DNA from: Lytechinus pictus
Taxonomy: Eukaryota
DNA: 64,000 nt
Assembly: GCF_037042905.1 (NCBI RefSeq)
Contig: NW_026974141.1
Location: forward strand, 13,082,001-13,146,000
Reading direction: 5' to 3'
Positions 36,694 through 48,489 of this stretch are shown in pieces (positions within the stretch are counted from its first letter, which is position 1; each line of letters begins with the position of its first letter). Position numbers and translations under genes: made by a program. The notes beneath the pieces were generated by a model. The model did no database searches and had not been told where the DNA came from. It was given only the letters and a program-made list of their open reading frames with translations.

Positions 36694-36985
36694 TGTTAAT
36701 CATAGTGAGCAGAAGAGTCTTGAAAACCTTTTTTTGAATTTTGTTGGTAGAAACTAAAAAACGGTATCCCAAAGAACATTGGGTTTATCCTACACAGGAA
36801 TCATGTTCTGACAGTATTTGAATAATGCATGTATAAACAATGAAGAAATGTATGGTCTTTTGTACCATTATGATGAATAGAAGTAGAATATTTTTTTTAT
36901 ATTATAGAGATAAGGGGCCCATAACACAAAACTTAGCAATGATCGTTGAACATTTTTCTACGATTGATTCCATTGACTACACTGT

Positions 36986-37374
36986 CAGACCTGCCAACCA
37001 GTACGTTTTAGCCGTATTTAGTACGTTTTTTTTATTATTTTTTTTACTAAATCGTAATTTATTGAGAAAAATAATCTCTATATGTCTCTATTTCATAAAA
37101 CGTACACAAATATGGTTATTAGATCAATGTAATTTCAGGTAACTTGTTTTTTTTTTCAATCATTTTGTTAAAACCAGGGTGACGATATACACATGTTTTA
37201 ATGTTTTTTTTTTTCATCTGCAAGAGCAGTGCGTATTTTAGCTTGCATGCAGCTTGAGTGCCGCGATGAGCGAGTGTGCCAAGCATTTTATTATGAAATA
37301 CACTTTTTTGGGGAAAAATACATTTTTTTAAATCACAGAATACAGTTTTTCATTCCCAGAGGTTGGCAGGTCTG
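36986..37374. mobile_element. MITE with CAGACCTGCCAACC TIR nested in another MITE
   Basis: 6-bp TSD CACTGT. Confidence 0.85.
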
Positions 37375-37586
37375 CACTGTACAATCAATCGTGAAAATCA
37401 AGCGTACGATTACTCGCTAACCTTTGTGTTACGGAACCCTGATCAGTACATAATAACATAAAGAACCAATCTATTGTTGGATTGCCGGTATTTTTATGTC
37501 TATGGCAGACTATGTACAAAATGTAAAGATCGTATCTCATCATGTTACATCCCAGATGATTGAAGAGACACATTTTTCTTACATTG

Positions 37587-38022
37587 AGGCTGTTCTCACT
37601 ACGTTCCTAAAACTAGTTTACTGGAAACTAGTTTAACGCGTAGTGAGAACGGTCGAAGCGATCTTCCAAACCAGTTTGGAAAACCACCTCGCGATGTAGT
37701 TTTCAAGATCGCTTTGCCTCGTTAAACTGGTTTTAGCGCAAGTGAGGACACAACCGTTCTTCGGGAAGCGATCTTCGCACATTTTGAGCGCGCTACTCCA
37801 CACGACAGGTGTAGAATGCCTATGCTGCGGTTTCGAATTTCGCGCGAAACGTGTCACCCCACTGAGAGCGTTTCCATAGTAACAAGAGCGCTTTACGTGA
37901 AGTGATTTTGAAAACCACTTTCGTGTGATCAAGTGGGAACGCTAGCAAAGCGATCTTCCAAAGTGGTTTCCTGAATCGGTTTCCAGTAAACTAGTTTTAG
38001 AAAGCGTAATGAGAACGGCCTC
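37587..38022. mobile_element. MITE (PIF/Harbinger-like); inverted relative at about 54272-54750
   Basis: GGCTGTTCTCACTACG...CGTAATGAGAACGGCC inverted termini. Confidence 0.75.
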
Positions 38023-39803
38023 ATAGAATGGTTAAAAAAAGGAAAGGAGGATTACAGCTTTAGCACACAAACACCAAAATATTGGTAATGAAATTCCATA
38101 ACCTACAAGTGTTTTTTCTCAAAGGCTGGAGGGTGTAACATATATTTATAGATGCAATGGATCATAACTTTTTGTACTTAGTTTGTGTTAGGCTTACAAT
38201 TTTACTTGTGTAATTGATCGTATTTGTTTGTGTTACAAGGCCTATTTATTGTCATGCATTTTGGCTCTCTACTGGAAGAGTTACTGCATCACCTTGGTCT
38301 TAAACTTTTGCAAATTAATATTTTCATGTAAGCTAAGTATTTATGGAGAGAGGTTTAGCAAATTAAGGCCAGTCGGAAATGAGCAATGATGAAATTACAC
38401 TATCTCAGATCTGATATAACTGAATGCTTACTTTGAAGGGGGTGGAAGCCCTTACAAGAATTATATAATAAAAGGAATGAAAGATATTTAACCCTATGTT
38501 TCTGTTTAACAACTCATCCAATATTTGCTTCGCATTTTCATTTTGGAAGCTTGCAGGATCAAGATATACCCATTATTCTGGAAATGCATCACAATTTCAT
38601 GATATATACAGTTACATTAGTTAAATATTAAGGTGCACACTGCACAAGGTGTAGAGGAAAATGAAGGTGTAATGTAATCTGGAGACTTAACAATGAAAAT
38701 ACGAACGATGAATGCTTTGTTTTATAATAAAATTTGTATTTATTACTTTCCATGATTGTGTATTCTATTGCTTTGGCTTACATTCCAGGGGACAACAGTA
38801 ACAGTTTTGTGATATATGCACCAGTGGGTGTTTCATAAAGCTGTTCTTAAGTTACGATTGAATTTACGAATGACTGGTGACCCTTTCTTGTGGTAAATGA
38901 TACATACCTAATTAACAGACTTCACACCTAAGAACATGTTCCAGTCGTTCAAAACTCAATGAACTGTTCAATGAAACACCCACCTGCATTAAGCTAAACT
39001 TAAGCCCCCAATGTCTTTCCAGAGATCAAGATGGGACTAATTGTCACAAAAGCAGCAAAGGGTCCCCAAAGCACAATTGCTTTAGTGACTTTTCAAGATT
39101 TCATGTACTGTAGTTGTTTTTACTTTGATAGATAATCACAACAAAGAGAGAGGGGGGGGGGGGAGCAGGAGTGGTGATAGTTGGAGAGAGAGAGAAAAAA
39201 GAAGAGAAAGGGGAGGTGGAAGAGTGAAATATTGGGCAGTGTATGGTATCCCGGACTACCCCCTCTCCAAGTCAGTTTGATGAAAACCAGAACCTTCCCA
39301 CCTTAATGACTCATTTTCTTCTCTTGTCCTAAATAATATCATATTTGTGTGTTATTAAGCTTCCATACTAAGTCCAACATTCATTAGCTCGTGCAGCAAA
39401 TGTAAATTTCATCTGTTTTGATATAACCCCAAGGTGCCTGTCCTACAAAAGGCAAGAACTAGGGTTATAGCTTGGGTCACTTCCAATTATCTTCGAGGGC
39501 ATGCCAGTTCCACCTTTGCTGTGGTTGCCTATGAGTAAATCAAGATTTCATGAGTTCTCAGAGAAAGTATACATGTAATATAAATATTCAAAATCAACCA
39601 TGTTCTTTTGAATCGTGAAGCACCTGTCTGCCATTAACGTGAAGGTCAAAGGTCATGACCCTAGTTCACTTTCACAGTTCCAAACAGCTTCTGGAGGGGC
39701 ACATCTGATTCTAAATCAAGATTTCAATTTCTAGCATCAATTTCAATCCAATACTGTAGGTCCTTTGAAATCATGGAGCACATGGTTGTCAAAAGGTCAA
39801 ATG

Positions 39804-42800
39804 TCATGACCCCAGGTCACTTCCCAAAGTTCCAAACATCTTCTGGAGGGGCATGCCCGGGTCACCCTTGGTGTACATCCGCACCCTCTCCCCAATCTGC
39901 TCCATCTTCAAATCCGTAGTCAGTATCCTTGTGAAAGACGGGTTGGAGAGCGGAGAGTCGATGTAAACCGTTTGATCTGGGATGTTGTGCAGGAGTGCTA
40001 GAAGAAGGACCTGAGCTACGGCGGTGTGCTGGCAGTAGAGGGGAGCGATGCGGTACTTCTTGGTGAGGTTCAGCTGCCGCATGACACCGTAACCCATCAC
40101 GTTTTCGTCTGCAAGGTGAATGGAAATGAAATGGTTATATTACAAGTTTTTAATGGAGCATTGCAAGTCAATTTTAGATTCCCAAATTAATCTTAACTCT
40201 GGCTTCTAATTGCAATTTCGTACTTGATTGCTGGCCCCATCTTACAAAGAGTTGCAATCAGGGGTGTGAGTGGTCACAAATAAAAAGATCTGAAAAAAGC
40301 TGAAGAGTGTTGAAAAAGTCTGAAATAGAAAGAGCTCCCATACTTTTTGTACAGAGGAAGGCCAAAAATAAGCTGAAATTAAGCTGAAAATCAAAACAAA
40401 AAAATCTGAAATCAGATAAAAATCTTAACTCTCACACCCCTGGTTGCTATTGATCCGATCAATCGTAACTATGGAAAGCCAGCAACATCGACATCTAAAA
40501 TATTTTACAGATATTATGTATATTCATACGTTCACTGTTTTCTTGACAATTCAGTATGCTTCTCTTTGTTTTCAAAGGACATTGATCAAATTTTCTACAG
40601 AAAAAATCATGACATTGATGGATTTCAATATACTTCGAGTTTGATCTGATCAATTGTAACTCTTTGTAAAACGGGGCCCTGGTCTGATTCTTTCAACAAG
40701 AAGTGAAAATCAATGTTCCCGCAAATGATAAACCAATTTTAAATCAACATCAATGAAATATCAAGCCATTTGGAGACTTAAGAATGACTGTAATAAAATG
40801 TGAATTATTACAATAGGCCTTTTACAAAGTCGCCTCAAAACTTACTTGTTTGAGCGATTTTATGATTGAGACAGTCTACATAATAGCTTTAATCCTCTCT
40901 CTTCTTTGTCTATTTTCCTATTAAGCGCATAGAGACGCCCATGGGTAGTGATATGCGCTATTCAAGCAACGTCGTATTATTATTATTATTTTAGGGAAAT
41001 GTAAACATACATAATTAAGCCAGGTAAGGCTGTCAGGATCATTGAAAGAAAACCATGGACTATTCAGAAACATTACACAAAATGACACGATTCATGCCAA
41101 ATTTGATGCGAGTAGATTTATCATGTTATGTTTTGCTACTTAAATATGGTTGTAGCTGAAATGCAAAAAATGGAATGAGGTCACACTTAAGTATGCTATT
41201 GACCAGCAATTTATTAGGAAAATTGCCAATTCGTCTACTGCCAACTTATCCACTCAACACATAGTCTACTTCATTTAATCTAATGCCATTCCATCTAACA
41301 TTTCGTCTTACAACCAATTGGTCACCATTTCGTCTAAGACCATTTTGCCTCATATCCAGTTGGTCTAATATCCATTTCCTTTTCATTCATTTCGCCCAAT
41401 TAACACCTAGTCCATTTAGACCAAATGGTATATGGAATAAATGGCAATTGGACCAACTGCTTATTAGACGAAGTGGTGAGTGGACGAATTGGTAATTAGA
41501 ACCTGTGGATATTGGATGAACTGATGGTAGACCAAATGATAGTAGACGAGTTGGCAATTGGACGAATAGGAAATAAACCATTTATTAGACATTGAAATGT
41601 CTAATAAATGAGCTTGGTGAAAAAAACACACACTCAAATAATAATAATAATAGGCATTTATATAGCGCCATCTATCTAGAAATATTCTATTCCGAGGCGC
41701 ACAAGAAAAGAAAGAAAGAAAGTTTGGATGAGTGTCAAAGTGCCAATAACTAATGCTGTTAGAAAAGATAAGACTTCAGTTTAGATTTGAAGGTCTCCAG
41801 TGATGGTATCATTCTTAAATATAACGGCAAATTATTCCAGAGATAAGGTGCTGAGGCAGAGAAAGCTCGCACACCATATGCTACACGTGTCTTGGGAGTC
41901 TTAAGAAGTTGCTGGTGTGATGATCTTAGGCTACGAGCTGTAACAAATAACACTGTAAAAGAACTTACTTTCACTGAGGGCATAAGAGTGGCCAGCAGGA
42001 GGATCTATGTTTGCCCAGCGATACAAGAACTTCATCCTCTGTAGATCAAATAGGTCTTCGTCGAAGTATGCCACCTTACTGAAAGGCATCTCTGTGATCC
42101 TTCTGACAATCTTGGTTGATTGAGCTTCTGGAAGAAGTGACACGCCCACTCCTGTTACAAAGATACAAAGAGAGCAGGAAAGATATTACATCACTTATCA
42201 TGCTTTCTAAACCGTTAATCATATTTGTTAATAGAATCTCTGGGCCCCATCTTACAAAAAATTAGGATTGATCCAATCAATCGTAACTTTATGGATATCC
42301 ATCAGTGTCATTTTTTTTTCTACAGGAAATTTGCAAAATGTCCTTTGTAAACAAAGGCGAACACACCAAATTGTCAAGAAAACAGTTAATTTATGAATAT
42401 ACATATCTGGAAAACATTTTGAACTAACATATATATATTTTAGATGTTGATGTTGCTGTATGCTGGCCGTCCATAGTTGTGGTTGATCGGATCAATCGCA
42501 ACTCTTTGTAAGACGGGGCCCCGGTCTGTACACTGTACTGGCATTTTACCAAGAGACAAGTATACTCCAAGTCTCTAAATAGGCAAATATCCATTATTCC
42601 TAAGGATACCTATGGAAGTTTTCTGAATTCATTCAAATTGTAACTTAACGTTTTAGTTCTACATTCTTCCTCTTCAATAAAATTGGTTCACTTTCCTCCA
42701 GCACATATCTCAAGCAACTCCTCCAAATTCTTTACACAAGGGGCAGTGACCAACTTCATAGAGTATTCCATGCTTTCTGTACTAAAGAAATTCCTAACAT

Positions 42801-43372
42801 GTTCTTCTGGTTCTCCGGGTATTTTCAGTTTTTACTGTATTCTCAAGTGTGACCACTACCACTAGTCAGTACTTCTAGAATTGTTTAGCTACATTATTAC
42901 CTTTATAACATCCAGATCTCCATGCTTCCTGGAAACCAAGCTGGCTGCACTTCTCTGCTTCAGAGGCGTCAACCTCGATACCAACATTCCTGTCTCCTAG
43001 ATGTTCCATGGCTGCCATCCATAGAGCTTCTTCAACTCCTTTAATTTTATCCTTGGCCTGTTCTCCTGCATGGCAAAACCCTATGAACCCCAGTCTGTCC
43101 GTCCACCTCACAGCACCTATCGTCCCGACTATGTCCCCTGCATTGTCCAAGGCGACGAAGAAACCCTCTGGGTCGACTCTGTGGAACAGTTTCAAGTCCT
43201 CATTTGTGAGTCTGCTGCCCTCTGTTGTCTGACTGTTGGCAAGGCTGGCAGATTCCTTTTCATGGAGTTGGCGAACTTTGAACCCATCATGATTGGTTGA
43301 TGAAAGACACCTCTTGGCCAGTCGGGCTACATTCTTCTGATGCCTGGTGAGAACCCTTTGTAAACACGCCAT
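39804..43372 (-). CDS. GNAT-fold acetyltransferase-like protein (YitH/HlmA-like, two-domain), 319 aa
   Basis: Exons 43372-42901, 42151-41969, 40108-39804 (960 nt, GT-AG, phases consistent). DPEGFFVA..GTIGAV..GFIG, HLGDRNVGI, YRIAPLY, VYIDSP.SN, RMYTKG motifs of the YitH-like family; upstream non-coding exon donor at 44287. Confidence 0.8.
40232..40680. mobile_element. MITE (GGCCCCATCTTACAAAGAG TIR) with nested hAT-like MITE 40259-40442; second copy about 42241-42523
   Basis: Inverted termini; nested CAGGGGTGTGAG...CTCACACCCCTG with imperfect 8-bp TSD GTTGCAAT/GTTGCTAT. Confidence 0.75.
41640..41940 (-). mobile_element. 5'-truncated L2-type LINE 3' end
   Basis: RSLRSS..LKTPKTR..YG.RAFS.SAP.LWNNLP..LR....LETFKSKLKSYLF* then 3' UTR and (TAT)n tail. 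Confidence 0.8.
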
Positions 43373-44429
43373 CTAAAAACAAAAGAAAAACATTTTAAAC
43401 TGATTTATTATAACAAAAAAAATGTCATGATAATTGTATGGGCAGATCGAGAAACCTTTCATTTTCTTTTCCTATTTTTTTTACATTTCCTTCACATTTT
43501 CTTTCCAAAAATCCCCCTTTTTTATTTTCTTTCTTAATTTTTATTTTCTTACTCATTGGTCTATTTTCATTTTTTTTCTTTAGATTTAACTAGACTCAGA
43601 ATCTTATTTTCTCTCCATCTAATCATTTCGATTGTCATTGACTTTTATTCCTTCTATTTTCCCATTATTTTCCATTTTCTCTCCATTATTTTCTCATTTC
43701 CTTCTTTTCTCTTTCTCTCGTTTTCAAAGTATCTTTCTCTGTAATAAGTAAATCTTTAACTCTAATTTATTTTTTCATTTTATTTGTTTGAATATCGGAT
43801 CCCTTCTCTCAATTTTGAAATTTTTGTATCAACTATCAATTAATCAACTTAAGTATCAATCATTTCCATTTTTATTTAATTTTCTTTCCCTTTTTAAATT
43901 TAATTCAGGCAGCTTGATATTTGACATCACATCCATCTGGATAGAATTTATGAGCAATATCTAATTTGTGGACCAGCATAACATGCAAATAAAGCTGGTT
44001 AGACTTTCAAAATGAGATATAAAATATGATTATGAATGATCATGATGCAAGACTGGGATTGGGAACGGAAGGAGCCGGTCCGTAGTCGGGTTGCTCTGCC
44101 GCTGCTGCCGCGTTCCAGTCCGTCCCCGCGAGTCTCGTCCAGAGCAAGGCAAGGACAAATAAATGGTTGTTATGAATTTATGGAAGTGATGGAACCGAAC
44201 CAGCCCTGGCCTGAATAGGCCTGAAAATACTACTCATGAAGGATATTTACAAACACACATAATCTGGTATATCGTTATGGTACTTACCGCAAGATCTAAT
44301 TAAAATCTTCGTTCCCAGACCCAGTTTTCTGTCAACATTGGTCAGCAACACACATGCTGCAAAATTATAAGGCATATTTTCAAGATGTGGATTAGCGCCA
44401 GCTTGCGGCGGGTGCTCAGCACTGATATA

Positions 44430-45766
44430 CAGTGCGTATAAAAAAAACGGGACAGATTTGAAAAGTCTATAAAATTTTTGTTTCAAATTATGATCTCTAT
44501 ATTTTGGTGTCAATAGGTGCTCTGAAGTATTATCCTTCAAATGCCATTAAAATAATTTAGTTTCGTTCATGCTTGAGCGAACACGGAATGTTTTTGTCTG
44601 GGATTAAAAAGGAGGCTTGCGCCAAAATGGCATAAAATGATAAATATGATGGTTGGACTTCTTGCTAATCAGCAGACTTCCTCTTAACCTTTTCATTATC
44701 TTTGCCATAATTTTCGAATTATGCAGTCAAAATTCATTTCCAAATCTACTTATTTGCTTGAATTGTTCTGTGTTCCTTTTTAATATGTTCTCTTTTAGCT
44801 TTTAATATTCCTTCTTTATAGGCAAGAACATAAAAAAAAAACCGGAGTATGGGAGAGCGTGTTTTTTTCTTCAAATCTTTTGATTGTGTGCTACAAAGGT
44901 TATGGTTCCTTTGAACAGTGGCATACTGATGGTGGGGGCTTGGGGTGCCCCCCCCCCCCAAAAAAAAAAAATAATAATAATAATAATGACCAAGAAAAAA
45001 AAGTGGAAAGGAAAATAACAAAAAACATAAAAAGTGAAATATGATATCATTTTCTGAATATTATGTCAAAATCACAAAATTTTGTATTTTAATAAAAAAG
45101 TGGAAATTTTTGCTTGATGGCTTCACAACTTTTTAATACATTTTGCTCCTTCAAAATTGACTCAATTCATCATTGCCGTTGAAAGACATGAATCCTTTCC
45201 TGTTTGTCCTGTCAAGCACATAATCTTGGTGAAGAATTCAATAACCCCTTGAAAATAGGATTCGTGTCTTTTATATACCATAACATAATTTGTTTCACAT
45301 AATAACGGGGATTGAATAATTACAAATTCTCCCAATTAATAATGCAAATATTCTTACTTGGGTTGACAAAAAGTGTTTTTTTCTTACTTATGAAGGAAAG
45401 TTCAAAGGTAAAAGAAGTTTAAAGGAAACACAAAATAATTCAGTTAAATAAATGAATTTGTAAACGAAATTTGACAGCATAATTTGAAAATTTTGGCAAA
45501 GACAATGAAAAGATTAAGAAGAAGTCTGCTGATTAGCCAAAAGTCTAATCATCAAATTTCTAATTTCTGCCATTTTGGCGCAAGCCTCTTTTTGAACCCC
45601 CGACAAAAACGTCCCATGTTCGCTCAAGCATGGAAAAATTTATTTTTTAAATGGCATTTCAAAGATAACATCTCAAAGCATCTATTAACATCAAAATATA
45701 GATATAATGATTTGAAACATATTTTTAATAGACGTTTCAAAACTGTCCCGTTTTTTATACGCACTG
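44430..45766. mobile_element. Tc1/mariner-type non-autonomous element with long TIRs
   Basis: TA|CAGTGCGTATAAAAAAAACGGGACAG ... CTGTCCCGTTTTTTATACGCACTG|TA; imperfect inverted similarity extends a few hundred bp. Confidence 0.85.
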
Positions 45767-46894
45767 TAGTGTACAGATCAGTGGGTGTTACCGAAGGTTG
45801 GACTTGGAACTATTGCTGCTATAACACCCCATCCGGGACCCCATCCTATAGTATATGCGGAATATATTCATCATTCAATTTCAAACACAATAAATGTATA
45901 CAAGAAATAGTATACATAATATAACTTTATTTTGTACAAGAAAATGGTGAAAGTAAGTTAGAGGGAGAAGGAAACGAGAGGAAGAAGAATAAGGAGAAAG
46001 GAGGAAAAAGAAGAATATGAATATTCATTGAATGTCTCCATGTAAAATCATTGGGAACGAAATAGTTCCTAGCTGCAGTTTGTCAAAAGACCAAGAAGTA
46101 ATTAGGCCCCAACTTAAAAAAGTATTTTTTTAATTCCATATATTCCAAACTTAGTAAAATGTTGACTGCAAAAAGTGAAAAGGTATATTCGATCAAAATG
46201 ATAATGTTGAAAATACATGCACGTAGGACTCCTATATATTTAAATGACAAGTCCATCCCAACCAAAAGGTTGATTTGAATAAAAAGAGAAAAATCCAGCT
46301 AGCATGACTGAAAATGTCATCAAAATCGGATGTAAAAGAACAAAGTTAGGACATTTTTAATTTTCGCTTAATTTCACAAAACAGTTATCCTGGCCGCTAT
46401 GCAAATGAGGAGACTGATGACATCACTCACTCGTTTATTTTGTTTATTTTGTATAAGACATATATAGGGCCTATTCTAATTATTTCCTCATTGTCCTCAG
46501 CAGTGAAACAAAGTTTTATCATCCCTTAACATGTGGTATACATCACTATATAACATTGTATGGTTCAGTTAAGATGATCCTTAATGTCAAATTGGTCTCT
46601 GTCCTCATGTCCCCTTTTTTGTCCCTTTTGTACATAAATGTGTCCCTCTTCTCTCCCCGCCTCTCTCCTTAGTTATCATATTATATATTATATTGCCATT
46701 TCTTTGTTGTTTATCCAATGTTCTTTGAATTCATAATGAGGAACCTCAATTTACAAGCATTGCTTCACTTAGGTCTCCTCGTCTTCCTTTAAAATGATTT
46801 CATTTCTGTCTTAAGCTGTATAATGTATTTAAAAACAATGTTTTCTGCATACTCTGTATTATGTATACCTGTATGTTTTATCATGTACTCTGCT

Positions 46895-47008
46895 CAGTGG
46901 CGGACCGTGACCCGGAGGAGGCAAAGCATTGGAGGGGCACAGCATTGTTCACAAACAATTCAGTGCCCCTCCAATGCTTTGTCTCCTCCGGGTCACGGTC
47001 CGCTACTG
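46895..47008. mobile_element. Hairpin mini-MITE
   Basis: ~46-bp near-perfect inverted repeat CAGTGGCGGACCGTGACCCGGAGGAG... Confidence 0.7.
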
Positions 47009-48489
47009 GTCTCTGCTCATTGTTTCATACACACTTATATGTTTGTCATGTATTCAAACTCAAAGTTGGAAGACAAATAAAATGAACTTATGAACTTATG
47101 AACTTATGGTAAAGATTGAAATATTGTATAACAAACAAAGAAATAGTGAGTAAAGGACATCATCGACTCTCAAGTTTGCATGGTTGTGCATATATCACTA
47201 TATTGTGAAAATAAACGAAACTTTAAGATGTCAGTTTATTTTTTACATCCGATTTTGATGAAATTTTTAGCATTATGCTTGTTTAATTGTAGTAATTCAA
47301 ATCAACATTTTTCTGGGGTGGACTTGACCTTGAAATAAAAATAAACTGTGAAAAAAGGTTGACCGCGCAGAACAGTTTTGAAAATGGGAGGGGGGGGGGG
47401 GGCCGCGACCTCAGTATCAGATGGTATACTTTTTATGTTTTGTAAATGTCGGGGGGGGGGGGGGTGGCAGAAGCCCCCAGCCCTAGCTGTTCTACAATCC
47501 CTGTGATTCTTCTTCTTCTTCTTATTCTTCCTCCGCTTTTTTCGGAGATCAGCACCAAGATGCAGTAAGGCGTAATCCATTCGTCCATCCAGTACATTGC
47601 ATTTGGAGGTTAATTTACATAATCAATTCATTGAGGACAGGAAAGGGCATGAGGGCATGAGGGCATATAAGAATTCCTAAAAATCATTCATTTTATTATA
47701 TATAGAATCATAGTATGCTGTATACTCAAATCCCCAATTCCCCGAAGTTTAGTGTAGGCCTAATTTCCACAAATTGTCATTTTTTTCATTAACAAACTTT
47801 GGACAATAATAATCACAAGCAACGGCTGCAGAATTAGGCCCAATGAGGCAATGACCACAAATCATTGAATCAGATCATTTTGCCTCCGACGAAGATTCTG
47901 CTAGGATCGAAAGCTTAGGCCCCTTTTGACTTTCTCTTTTAAAAGATATATATAGACTATTATAGAGACAAAATGAAAAAAATGCGGCAAATGATTTTAT
48001 ACACTTCTTTTGAACTTTATTATTTTGTTTTCGTTAGATTTTCTGGAATTTTCAAATTCCTCCTCGACTAAACAGAATTTAACCCCGCCTACCCCTCTAC
48101 CAAATCACATCTATCTCCTTAATTGCCCCTATATACTAAAATTGAGTACAGTATTTGGAAATGATCTATATTTATTACCCCGGAACCGGAAAATCAAAAC
48201 ATAAGACTCATCAACCTTTTTGGAATAGTCGACTTTACGACGAGGGGTATTCTAAAACATTTAAATTATATAGATCATATTCATTTCGATATAGAGACCA
48301 TTATTTCAAAAATTCATTGTCGAATTCAAGAAAAATAAAATAAACTGTCATATTTTTTTAATAAGTGGAATAAGTCCGTGGTTATTTGAAATATTAACCA
48401 TACATTTTTCCTTTATTGTTAATTAAATTGAGGAATCCATTCTACGTCATCATTATATTACGACGACTGCTGAAAAATACTACGGAGAA

